The notes: a model not told the origin generated them from the sequence alone. DNA of 63,543 nucleotides, filler included, from Octopus bimaculoides (GCF_001194135.2; 7 parts of 6 records of this genome joined end to end with filler, not necessarily neighbours in it), one strand, 5' to 3'. Positions 41,009-52,351 are shown, counted from the whole stretch's first letter. Made by a program: numbers and translations.

Positions 41009-41013
<5 letters not shown>
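40963..41013. repeat. Near-perfect palindrome, 24-bp arms, 3-nt loop
   Basis: acaataataacttcttaaacctat-cat-ataggtttaagaagttaatattgt, one mismatch. Confidence 0.85.
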
Positions 41014-41044
<31 letters not shown>

Positions 41045-42467
41045 TTCTTTTGCTCACAATTGGGCCATGTCTTTTCTACTTTCGTTTCTTCAAAGGTGAA
41101 TAATTTTTGAGAGAAAGAGAGAAGAGAGGAGGAGGAAGAGAGAGAGAGAGAATAAGAAAGAATTGAGAGAAAGAAATAGGTTATCGAAAGAATATTAACG
41201 GCAACGTGAAAGATGAACGAGAGACAGGAAAAAGAAAACGAGAAGAATGAAAGATGAAAAAAGAAGAAAAAAGGTTATTGACGTTGAAAATAGGAGTTGA
41301 TGAGAGAGTAAAAGAAGAAGAAAAGAAGAAGAGGAGGAAGAAAGTAATAAAGGGAAAGAGTGAAGAAGAAAAACTAAGAAGAAGAAAGAAAGCAAGAAAG
41401 AAATTAGAGAAATAGGGAAAAGGGTGAAAAAAAACAATGGAAGAAATAAAAGAAAGAGAATACAAGTAGTTAGAGAGAGGGAGAGATGGAGAGAGGAAGT
41501 GAGGAAGGGAAGGAGAGAGGGAGATGTAGAGAGAGAGAGAGAGGTGGGAGAGAGGAAGGGAGGGAATAATACATGAGATAGAATGTTATCTGAAGCGGTG
41601 CACTAGGTAATCGGAACATAAAAAAAGNNNNNNNNNNNNNNNNNNNNNNNNNNNNNNNNNNNNNNNNNNNNNNNNNNNNNNNNNNNNNNNNNNNNNNNNN
41701 NNNNNNNNNNNNNNNNNNNNNNNNNNNNNNNNNNNNNNNNNNNNNNNNNNNNNNNNNNNNNNNNNNNNNNNNNNNNNNNNNNNNNNNNNNNNNNNNNNNN
41801 NNNNNNNNNNNNNNNNNNNNNNNNNNNNNNNNNNNNNNNNNNNNNNNNNNNNNNNNNNNNNNNNNNNNNNNNNNNNNNNNNNNNNNNNNNNNNNNNNNNN
41901 NNNNNNNNNNNNNNNNNNNNNNNNNTATATATATAAATATATATAAGTATATAACCATATATGTATGCAAGACACACCACACACGCGTATACAGATAGGT
42001 AAATCGAAGATAGTGAAAAAGAGTTTTACAGAACATTTAACGTCAGCTCCAGTTACTCCTGATCTGTGCAAAAACGGTTTCATTTCCGAATTTCTTTCTC
42101 TTTATTGTACTCACCCCCACCCCCCGCTTTTTTTAATATCTAAAGACATTTCTTGTTGACTCGTTCGAATCTCACCTTACACCCCCTTCTTATCCATTAT
42201 TCTTTTACTTTAGTTCTCCCTCTCCAGCCCCACCTCCACCGCCATCTGTACTATTTACACATTTTTTTTTCTGTTTTCCTTTATTTTCTCTCCTCTTCTT
42301 TTTTTCTTTTTTTTTGCACTTTGGCACCACATTTTCTTCGTCCTCCTTTTCTATGTTTCTGTTTCTTTTTTTTTTTCCACTGAGAGTGTTCTACATCTGA
42401 TCAGCAATTAAACGGGGCTATAGCCACGTCTACGTGAAACAAATGAACGGAAAGAACGAACCTGGAA

Positions 42468-42709
42468 CCTGGACCATTTTTGGCCCTTAGACTCCTTTGG
42501 AGCCCGTTTTACTCGGGTGGGCCCTCACAGCCATTCGATGTTTCAAAAAAGTCAATTATATTTTATATAATTAAATATTAGGAATTGTATGAATTATTAA
42601 AATATCTTGAGTACAGCAGAAGTATAACTAATTTATTGCAGAGAAATCTTAACAATAAAATCTTATTTGGACCCCTAACGGTCATCTGGACCCTGGTTGA
42701 GAACCACTG
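42468..42709. mobile_element. hAT-like MITE fragment (one terminus)
   Basis: Ends ...ggacccc..ggaccctggTTGAGAACCACTG with repeated ggaccc subterminal motifs; second TIR not found. Confidence 0.4.
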
Positions 42710-42954
42710 ACCAAGAAGATACCCACAAAAATAACACACGTATATTTACTTCACAGATCCGCTACGTTTTTCACTGATTATCGCCTCGTAATCTGGTGTA
42801 GAATGAGGCAGATTTACCCAGAGACGTTCTATAAACAGCAGTCGGTCACGAGGGATCAGATCTAAAGTGAACAAAGAGTACAAGGGGAACAAGATGTGTA
42901 TCTTAATATGCAACTGGAAAAATCATATACACATACATACATGCACACGCACAT

Positions 42955-42988
<34 letters not shown>

Positions 42989-43379
42989 GTGAATATAGAT
43001 GAGTGTATGTAGATGTGTGTTTACACACTAAAGTAAAATATATGCAATGCATGATGCGCGCACGCACACATACGCATATACATATATGATATCTATCTAT
43101 CTATCAGTTTGCCTACCTGTCTATCTGTCTATAAATATACATACATACATGCATACATATACACACATACATACATATATACTTATACATGCATATGTAC
43201 ATATATACATATATATATATATACATATATATAGGAATTGGACAATATACATAAATATGTATATATACATATTTATATGTATATATATGTGTGTGTGTGA
43301 GTATATACATATATATATGTATATATATATATATATATATGTATATATGTACATATGCATGTATAAGTATATATGTATG

Positions 43380-43421
<42 letters not shown>

Positions 43422-43453
43422 AACTTTCTCACCTATATATATATATATATATA

Positions 43454-43553
43454 NNNNNNNNNNNNNNNNNNNNNNNNNNNNNNNNNNNNNNNNNNNNTTA
43501 ATTAATTAANNNNNNNNNNNNNNNNNNNNNNNNNNNNNNNNNNNNNNNNNNNN
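43454..43553. other. Artificial assembly join truncating the minus-strand Pcdh
   Basis: Same pattern. Confidence 0.9.
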
Positions 43554-43718
43554 GTGTTGCTGATGTGTGAGAGGGTGTGATAAGTTGGAGTCAACAGCAA
43601 TGTCTCCTATATAGGTGCGAGGACTGTCTTCTTCATTGACATGGTATGTAATATCTATGGACAGTACAAGGGTGATCAGTAAATATAGAAGACACAGTAG
43701 ACCAATATATGCTGTCAT
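43554..43718 (-). CDS. Pcdh: Protocadherin paralogue, first 55 codons (signal peptide and start of EC1); truncated by the assembly join ending at 43553
   Basis: MTAYIGLLCLLYLLITLVLSIDITYHVNEEDSPRTYIGDIAVDSNLSHPLTHQQH. 160/165 nt identical to 49292-49456, with a homologous 38-nt leader and splice acceptor. Confidence 0.92.
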
Positions 43719-43784
43719 GTCTGGATTTCTTCATCACACTTTAGCAGGAAAAATTGCTACAAAAGACAGCAAAGATATTTAAAG
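43719..43784 (-). promoter_or_regulatory. Splice acceptor (AG at 43758-43757) and 38-nt 5' UTR segment of the minus-strand Pcdh
   Basis: Reverse complement reads ctttgctgtcttttgtAG|caatttttcc...ccagacATG, with the same spacing as the plus-strand gene. Confidence 0.65.
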
Positions 43785-43939
43785 ACTAAATAAAATTCAA
43801 TAAAATAAACTATAATTAGAATAGTCATTATGTAAGTATAATTAATGAAATCTGAATACATTCCTTTAAAATGTTAATCCTCAATATTTAGCAAGACTTA
43901 CCCCATTGGAAAAGGCTAAGTGAATAATCCCTATATCAG

Positions 43940-44945
43940 CACCATTTAATGTCTGCATTCCAGGCTGGCGTGGATGGAATGGTTAGACAGGATCTGACAT
44001 CTGTGTTTGTTTAAGCAGAGTTGTTACAGCTGGATGCCCTTCCTAACACCCCACCCAGCAGAGTGGTGTTTACGTGGCACAAGCACAGGCAAGGTCAGTT
44101 TGCACAAGGTCTTTACAGCTGGATGCTCTTCCAAATACCAACCACTTTACGGAGAGACAGAAATAGGTGTCTTGCTGTGGAGGTAGTACAAGGTTACATG
44201 GCCAGGGGTGGGGGCAAGAAATCAGAAATGACAGAAACAGGTGTGCTGCTGTAAAGGAAATACATAGTTACATAATCTGAGGGAAGAGCAGGAGAAGGAG
44301 AGAGAGAGTGTGAGGCAGCAGGATAGAGATGGTGGCACCAAAGTGCCAGATATACTCACAAGGGACAGGGATCATGATATAAATGGAATGGTTGAGTAAA
44401 AGAAGAGAGATATAGATGGTGGCAAGTACCAGGGTATACCCTTGAGGTTCAAAGGTCATAATATAAGTGGCAGGATATTACCAAAGAAGCCTGAGCAGAG
44501 AGTAGGGAAGGGGAATCCAGTGAGTGGTAAAAACCTGGGGGCTACCGGACAGCAATGATACAGAGAAAGAGGGCTGTGAAGTTAGGATTGGGGAGTGATA
44601 GGTAAGCATAGTGCATGATGGAAGAAATGTGAGGAAGAGAAAAGATGTAGAGATGTAGTTTGGTTTGCTGGGTTAGGGCATGTGAAAAGTTTTCTTGTTA
44701 CGTGTGGGTGGAACACACAGCGCTTCTAGAGCTCAGTTTTGCTGATGGGGACAGGTCTTCTCTTGAACCTCATATCGCCAGATATCTCCAGTCCACTGTC
44801 ATTAACTCTGTGAGGCCCAACATCCTGAGATCAGTTCTTACCATTCCATCCCATGTCTTCCTGGGTCTCCTCCATTCACGGGTACCATCCACATTCAGCA
44901 GTTGGCATTTCTTTATGCAGCTGTCCTCAGTCATACACATCCCCC
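43940..44945 (-). mobile_element. RTE-like LINE 3' end (ORF C-terminus and long 3' UTR), 5'-truncated
   Basis: Minus strand MTEDSCIKKCQLLNVDGTREWRRPRKTWDGMVRTDLRMLGLTELMT, then a non-coding tail containing the ggatgcccttcctaac motif. Confidence 0.7.
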
Positions 44946-45289
44946 AATTTTTTCTTTAGAATTGTTTTGTGAAATATATCAGAATAACGATTTACATGCA
45001 TTTTTTCGGTAAAAAATTCTTCACAATTATTTATATAGACTCTGTTGCTAGTGTAATTTTTAAAAACTATCATGTTGTAATCACAATGTTGATTATTTCT
45101 GAATGGATTAATGGCTTTGTTAAAAATTAATATTTACTGATATACTAAGACAAGACACTAAATATCTTGAATTATATTGAAATTGCTTGTTGCAACACTG
45201 TGACTGATAACGGAAATCCTATGGTAAAGCCCTGTGCAATAATAATAATGATAATGATGATAATAATTATAATAATGGTTTTAATTTTT

Positions 45290-45471
45290 GGTATGAGGCC
45301 AGGAATTTCAGCGAGGTGTACGCTGATTGCGTGGGCCCCAATGTTCAGCTGGTACTTATTTTCCCCAAAAGGAGAGAAGACAATGTCGACCTTGGTGGTA
45401 TTTGAACCCTGAACTTAAAGCAGGAAAAAATGCCATGTAGTATGCTCAGAGTGCTAATGATTCTGTCAGCT
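45290..45471 (-). mobile_element. SINE family B, degraded copy in the Pcdh intergenic interval
   Basis: ctggtacttat, gtcgaccttggtggtatttgaacc, gtgctaatgattctgtcagct. Confidence 0.65.
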
Positions 45472-45959
45472 TTCCATGTTCATAATAGCAATAATGTTGT
45501 TGTTGATGATGATGATGACTATTGAAGTACAAAGAAAAGGTCTACAAAAAATAACACATTCTGTATTGGTCTTGTCTTAGTAAAAAAGAACAATCTAAAG
45601 GGGACAAGATTGCTAATGGTTTGATTCCTTTCCAAAACACACAACATGATAGCTACTTTTGAGAGATACTTTAAGACAATGGCCCTTCATGCATACCATC
45701 AACATGTGATAAAACTAAATGCACAAGGGAAGAAAACCAGAACATTCTAGAAGCCTATTATACTGCAATGTACGTTCCATTGGGTAGATTGAATACAAAG
45801 CAAACAAAGTTAGACTGAAGAGAGAAAAAAACCATACCAACAGACAAAATATAGATAGCAGTAAATCAGCTAATGTTTGCAGGAACATCATAAAGAATAA
45901 GCTGTTGATTGACATAGATATCAAACAAATTCATATAGATATTGAGGCCTAAGGCCATA

Positions 45960-46941
45960 CAAATGAGAAAACAAATTATAGTGCAAAACACCCCAAAAGA
46001 GGTATCTCAAGAATTAGCTACTGGGGTTTGATGTAAATGAGATTGATTACACTGGGAGTGGTAAGAGACTGAATTTGCTAATCTCAGGACAAAAGTTCTA
46101 ACAGAGTGGATGAATGTGAAACACTGAAATGTGAGATCACAATGGTCTCCACAAGACTTGCAACAAAATATAGTAGAATCATAGGTAAGGAATATGCAGG
46201 CATAAAATCCATCTCACTGAATAATCTACTCAATGCTGCAACTTCAATAATCACTGAAGTTTGTGGGATTCAAATAAAGAGAAAGACTGAACAGACAAAC
46301 AGGAAACCAGCATGGCAAGAGAGAATTAGAAATAAAATTACTGTACTCAGATCCGATATTGGAATGCTCAACAATATAAAGAGCAAAAAAATGTTAAGGT
46401 ACCAAAAGCTAAGAAACTGGAAAGAAAATATGGCATAAGAAGGACAAATGAAATTGATGAAGTAATTTGGGAACAAAATCAAGCAAATGATTCAGACCAA
46501 AGCAGGATGTATAAAAGAGGCTTGAGAAATGGTCAACTGTCTTCAAGGATAACAGTTTGTTACAAAGCAATTCTATAAACTGTCAAAGAAAATTGCAAAA
46601 GTTAATACAACTATTAAAACCACATCCATTGAGGAGGAAATACAAAAGTTTTAGAAATTAATCTGGGAAGAACATGGATTCACTAGCAAGTCAGATATAC
46701 TGAGCATAATAAAGAATGGATATGTGAAGGGGTTTCTATTGAAGATCTCAGGATTGTACTGAGAAAACCTAGCAAGTGGAAATCACCAAATGAGAATCCA
46801 TAATTACTGGCTGAATGCTCTCCTGCAATTCCATGAGGGAGTGATCCAGCTGTATAATATTATTTTGCATGACTGGCATTAGAACCAACAGGGTCACTGA
46901 GGAACATGCAGGACAAAAACACCTTCAGCTGGAAAGGGAAC
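45960..46941 (+). mobile_element. R4/Dong-like LINE remnant (region N-terminal to the RT)
   Basis: NLLNAATSIITEVCG...KPAWQERIRNKITVLRSDIGML; further on KWKSP..HNYWLNAL. Multiple stops and frameshifts. Confidence 0.7.
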
Positions 46942-47595
46942 NNNNNNNNNNNNNNNNNNNNNNNNNNNNNNNNNNNNNNNNNNNNNNNNNNNNNNNNNNN
47001 NNNNNNNNNNNNNNNNNNNNNNNNNNNNNNNNNNNNNNNNNGGGTAAGGATAATATCTAAAGTGTCTGCCATGTTGTATATATATATATATATATATACA
47101 CAGGGACTGGGACAGTGGAGGATAGAGAGATCTAGTCATCACTTCCACCATTAACAACAAGAACTGCAGTAGCCATTGTAATACAATTACTTCAATCTGG
47201 ATTATGTCTTTTAATCTCAGAATCACACAAGACAACAAGAGATATTAAACTATATACGTTGTTATGATATATTTTATATATAATTTAATTGTAAAATAGT
47301 CCAAACTAGATGTATATATATTTATTTCACTGTCAGAAAATGTTAATTGATAGCCAATATGACTGGGTGTTAATAATGTACGTCAATATAGTTTTTCAGT
47401 TTTGTCGTAATAATTCACTTATTAAATCCTTATATTTCTCTAGCTTTTCATCAACTAACAGATCACTAATATTTCTGTATAAGTATATACATCTGTAGTT
47501 ATATAAATATATATATATAGAACCTGTAAAATATCCACTAAATATTTCTTTGTATATAATAAACTGACAATGCTTATTATTATTATTTTTATTAC

Positions 47596-47656
<61 letters not shown>

Positions 47657-47658
<2 letters not shown>

Positions 47659-47853
47659 GGTGCTGAGCTGGCAGAATTGTTAGCACGCCAGGCAAAATAT
47701 TTCGTGGCATTTCATCCGTCATTACATTCTGAGTTCAAATTCCACTGTGGTTGATTTGCCTTTCATCTTTTCAGGATCAATAAATTAAGTACCAGTGAAA
47801 CACTGGGGTTCAATGCAATCGACCAGTCCCATCCCCTCAAATTTCAGGCCTTG
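47657..47853 (+). mobile_element. SINE family B copy in the Pcdh intergenic interval, following (TTA)n
   Basis: gagctggcagaattgttagcacgcc...ctgagttcaaattcc...cctttcatc...aaattaagtaccag...aaatttcaggccttgt. Confidence 0.8.
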
Positions 47854-49225
47854 TAATAATTATTGTCAATATAATTCAGTATTTCATGGTTAAATTTCCA
47901 AAATATCCTCTATCCAATCAACATTTCCTAAATGTTAAGCTTTCTAAACTTAAACTCCCCTAATTAGATTTTCCCCACTCAATACTACATAATAATTTCA
48001 TTATAATTTATTTTTCATTAATCTCTACTTTAATCTCATAGAACTGTTTTCATTCTCTAATTCTTAATCCTAAATGACATCCTACCAGACAATATCAGAC
48101 ATTCTTATATTGTTACTAGCTTCAGTCTGAACCTCAAATTTATTTAGTTTCTTTTTCATATGAAATAGTTAGCAGTCACTTAGGTAAACCTTCTCTAAAT
48201 TACATAGATGTAATTTATATCCAATTTCTCTAATGGATATGAACCACTGATCACTCTGCTGGTTGTCTGGTACCTTACCACCTGATCCATGCAGTCATTC
48301 AGCACCAGCCAGAGTCAAGGGTAAATATTAACCATTGTGGACCACTTCAGCCCATATGACTGGACCCTAATTGTGTTTCTTCCATCTCCTTCCATTTGTA
48401 AACTCCTGAGTTAGCTCCTAAACTCACCAAACTTTTCAATCTATTTGTATCTGTGATGGTCTACTCAGCTTCTTGAAACATTCACTGGTTTTTCTGTTTC
48501 CCTAAAATGTCAGGCTATTAAAAACGCTAATTCATGTCCAGAGTAAAATGTATGATGATGTGTATATATGTATTCATTTCCATTTGGATAGACAATATAT
48601 ATTTTTGAATCTGTATTCAAACTTATATTTCAGTATATTGTCTGAATTTGTTTGTAATTTATTGAGATCTCTGTTCAAACACATTATGCAAAAAGTGTAT
48701 CTTCATTCTATTTGCAAGATATTTATTTCCATTATAAATGTATAAACATAGATTGTCTTACCAAGAATATGCCAGCCTCTCTAATGTTTGTGCCAAGATA
48801 AAATTTACCCTGTACTCTCTGTAATTTGAAATCCATAATGTGTTAAGAATGTAGAAACCATGGCAAGTGAAGTATGGTCCCCTAACTGTATGTAGGAAGG
48901 CGGTCACTCCAAGTGGTTTTATTAACTTCAGTAGGAAAATACTAGGCTGAGCTTATCAATATAAATTTTATTCAACATTGAACTTCTAGCAGTACAGTAT
49001 TGAGACTACTCTGGAATATCCAGGTATTTTGGTCTGCACTGTTCCATGGTTTTTGTTTCATACCAGCCATTCAGCCACCACATCACATTCAAGACATCAT
49101 CAGAACAGAAAAGTTGAGATATTTTAAAGAATTCTGATAAATCTAAATGTATATATTTGGAGATAGAAATAACATTTACACAAATCATTATACTTATGTC
49201 TTATTTTGGTTGAATTCTACATAAG

Positions 49226-49291
49226 CTTTAAATATCTTTCTTGTCTTTTGTAGCAAGTTCTCCTGCTAAAGTGTGATGAAGAATTCCAGAC
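49226..49291 (+). promoter_or_regulatory. Polypyrimidine tract and AG splice acceptor (AG at 49252-49253), then a 38-nt 5' UTR segment of the plus-strand Pcdh
   Basis: ctttcttgtcttttgtAG|caagttctcc...ccagacATG; conserved in the paralogue. Confidence 0.65.
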
Positions 49292-50209
49292 ATGACACCA
49301 TATATTGGTCTACTGTGTCTTCTACATTTACTGATCACCCTTGTACTGTCCATAGATATTACATACCATGTCAAGGAAGAAGACAGTCCTCACACCTATA
49401 TAGGAGACATTGCTGTTGACTCCAACTTATCACACCCTCTCACACATCAACAACACACTCTCATTACATTTACACAACTACAAAGGACAGTCGAGAGTGG
49501 TTCTCACTTATTCAATGTCACCAACTCAGGAAAACTATACACTANNNNNNNNNNCAAACACTAGATGCTGAGTCTCTGTGTACATACAACAAGGAATGTT
49601 CCAGAATAGTTAAAGTAGCAGTGAGGAAAGAAGAAACATTTATGAAAATTCTAAGGATTAAAATATTAATAGATGACATCAATGACCATTCTCCAGAATT
49701 TCCATATCAGAAAGTTGACATAGAATTTGGTGAAACTGAAGCAAAAGGTCTAACAAAAACAATTCCAAATGCTATTGATGAAGATATTTCAATCAAAAAT
49801 TCTCAAATTACATATATGATTAAGAAAAGTAAAAGAGAACCATTTTCTCTCTCAGTCACAAAGCGACATGACGGTGTCTATATTCCAGGACTGGTTCTAG
49901 AAGATAAATTAGACAGAGAACTCAAAGACTCATATATGTTCACTATAGAAGCTAAAGATGGAGGGAACCCTCCAAAAACAGCTACACTCAAGGTACACAT
50001 ATCTGTGACAGATGTCAATGATAACACACCTGTATTTTCACAGAAACTCTACAACATTTCTATAATCAATTCACATCAAAGACATTTACCAATTCTTACT
50101 TTAAAGGCCACAGATCAAGATTCTGGCAACAATGGAAAGATTTCTTTTCATTTCAACCATAAAACATCTCGAAATATCCAGAAATATTTTATATTAGATA
50201 AGAACGCTG
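49292..50209 (+). CDS. Pcdh: Protocadherin, 5' part (signal peptide, EC1, EC2, start of EC3); truncated by the assembly join at 50210
   Basis: Signal peptide MTPYIGLLCLLHLLITLVLS, then IDITYHVKEED..YIGDIA. EC1 has TLDAE and a Cys-X5-Cys motif (CTYNKEC). Linkers DINDHSPEF and DVNDNTPVF; AIDED, KLDRE, AKDGG, ATDQDSGNNG. No intron over 900 bp. The frame change lies exactly at the 10-N gap (49545-49554). Confidence 0.95.
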
Positions 50210-50309
50210 NNNNNNNNNNNNNNNNNNNNNNNNNNNNNNNNNNNNNNNNNNNNTTAATTAATTAANNNNNNNNNNNNNNNNNNNNNNNNNNNNNNNNNNN
50301 NNNNNNNNN
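50210..50309. other. Artificial assembly join truncating the plus-strand Pcdh
   Basis: Same pattern. Confidence 0.9.
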
Positions 50310-50500
50310 GTGGAGATGAAGAGAGGAAGAGAATGTTGGAGTATTTTTAGCACTGATGATATCAAAGTATGGACAGGAAACAAGAACCTGATTGATCGTG
50401 GGCAAGCAGCACGACATAAGGGGAAAGAATTGGAGAGTCTATGCAAGCTGACTTCTGGATGTATGGTGGATACTGGCGCATGATAGAGTACATATAACGA
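50310..50500 (+). mobile_element. Probable RTE-like LINE C-terminal fragment
   Basis: KRGR...DDIKVWTG...AARHK..WRV resembles the RTE end GRP..W.DDIK.WTG..A.DR..WR. Confidence 0.45.
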
Positions 50501-50543
50501 TATCATTTAATAGTAATTTAGTTTTGAAGATATAGCGTGTGAT

Positions 50544-50640
50544 ATGATACTCTAGTCATAGCTTCGTCATCACTGAATGAAAGTAGCAGTTTAATTGCTA
50601 CTTTTATTCAGTGATGACGAACCTATGATAAGAATATCAT
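50544..50640. repeat. Fold-back palindrome, 45-bp arms, 7-nt loop (MITE-like)
   Basis: 40/45 match between 50544-50588 and the reverse complement of 50596-50640. Confidence 0.8.
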
Positions 50641-50684
50641 CAGTGACTCACTACGGATTTTTTGACTGACTTGCGAGGAACCTT

Positions 50685-50842
50685 GGCTTCTTTGAGTTTC
50701 CCTATACCAAATCAACTCACAAGGCTTTGGTCGGCCCGAGGCTATAGTAGAAGACACTTGCCCAAGGTACCACGCAGTGAAACTGAACCCGGAACCATGT
50801 CGTTGGTAAGCAAGCTACTTACCTCACAGCCACTCCTACGCT
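50685..50842 (-). mobile_element. SINE family A, head region
   Basis: Aligns with 10831-10995. Confidence 0.8.
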
Positions 50843-50976
50843 TAAAAAAGAATGTTTTATTGATCATAAATAGTGGGTAGGTAGTAATAACCCGTGCAAG
50901 GTTTGAACTCAAAATCTAGAGATACTACAATGCATTTGTGAAGATGTTAACAATAGCTTAGTCAGAATAGGAAGGG

Positions 50977-51116
50977 CAATTCCGCCGAAGTCGACTTTGT
51001 CTTTCATCCAGTCGGGGTCGATAAATTAAGTACCAGTTACGTTCTGGTGTCGATCTAATAGACTGGGCCCCCTCCCTCAAACTTTTAAGCCTTGTGCCTA
51101 GAGTAGAAAAGAATAG
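50977..51116 (+). mobile_element. SINE family B, 5'-truncated copy
   Basis: aattccgccgaagtcgactttgtctttcatcc...ggggtcgataaattaagtaccag...gccttgtgcctagagtagaaaag. Confidence 0.75.
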
Positions 51117-52351
51117 GAAGGGTAATAAACTCGAGGTTTCTCGGAGACCCCGAGAATTGTTGGAGGAAACTTTCTGACCGAATGACGTTTAAAAACGCTT
51201 GTAGTAGAAACTAATCCAGTAAATGCAAAAAACGTATCCAGTACTGACGTTAAAGCGGCGAAACAGATAAATCAACGATCCAAGATGAGATAAATCTATT
51301 CTATACATATCCACACTGATTTTTGTCTGCACGCTTACATTCACAAGTAGCTACCTACCTAAAGTGAAGTCCCGTAGGATCGAACTGGATTCGTGTGATT
51401 ATAAAATAAATTTCTTTAAACTCACACCAGCAGAACAACGCTAGTGCTTATTTCACTGTTTCAGAGACTGTGAACACAATATATGAACGGTTATACAAGT
51501 AGATACTGCAAGGTATTTAATCTGGCGTTTTCCCGTCTCTGTATGAATGGATTCATTACATTCATTATAACAGCTACATAAGATGATGTGATTATGAAAA
51601 TCATAAAGAGATACAACGATCATCCAAATCTTTATTGTTATAGCTGGTTTCTTTTCTGGACACGTCTCTTTTCTCCTTGTACGTGACGCTATGTATAGTC
51701 CATGGAATCGGAAACATTATACTAGTGGTACTTTTATGAAAGATATAAGAAAAGCTGAATTCTTGTCTATTTTTAGACTAGAGGCAATAAACAAGTTATC
51801 ACAAAGAATTTTGACAAGGTTCCGTCGGTTGTAGCAGTTCTACAGTTCTAGGTAAATATTGTTTGAATGGAGAGGAAATGAAAAGATAAAGTCATAGTCG
51901 GCGCAGAAAGTGAACATGTTGTAGTATAATAAGTACCGTAAGGTCATCCGGTTTAAAGCTATCACATGACTCTTGGATGCCTTTAACGGACTCCATTTTG
52001 TGGCAAACATTCAAAACATATGTCGTGTATTTTGGTACACTACATGTTACTGTGACACCCCATCAGTTGCAGCTTGTTTCCCGACACCCACGATAAGATT
52101 TATGGATCCTGCAATAAATTCACGGACAGTGTTCTGCTGATTAAGGAATGTGTGTGTGTGTACGTGTGTGTGTGTGTATGTGTGTGTGCGTGCGTGTGCG
52201 TATGTGTGTGTGAACAGGATGTCCGTAAAATTTCCTTAAATTTAAAAAATTGATTGCAAATGTTTATCCGATTTGTTTTATAAACTTAGTGGGTATCAAA
52301 GATTTAAACCACATTGCATTTCTGTTTTTCAGATAACACACACACGTATAT

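Noticed and set aside
49545-49554. Apparent frameshift suggesting the Pcdh is a pseudogene
   Set aside because: The shift coincides with a 10-N placeholder; a true gap of 2 (or 5, 8, 11) nt restores a continuous KLYT..QTLDAE frame.
50310-50520. Possible continuation of the Pcdh ORF after the join
   Set aside because: No cadherin motifs in the frames examined; it resembles an RTE-type LINE end.
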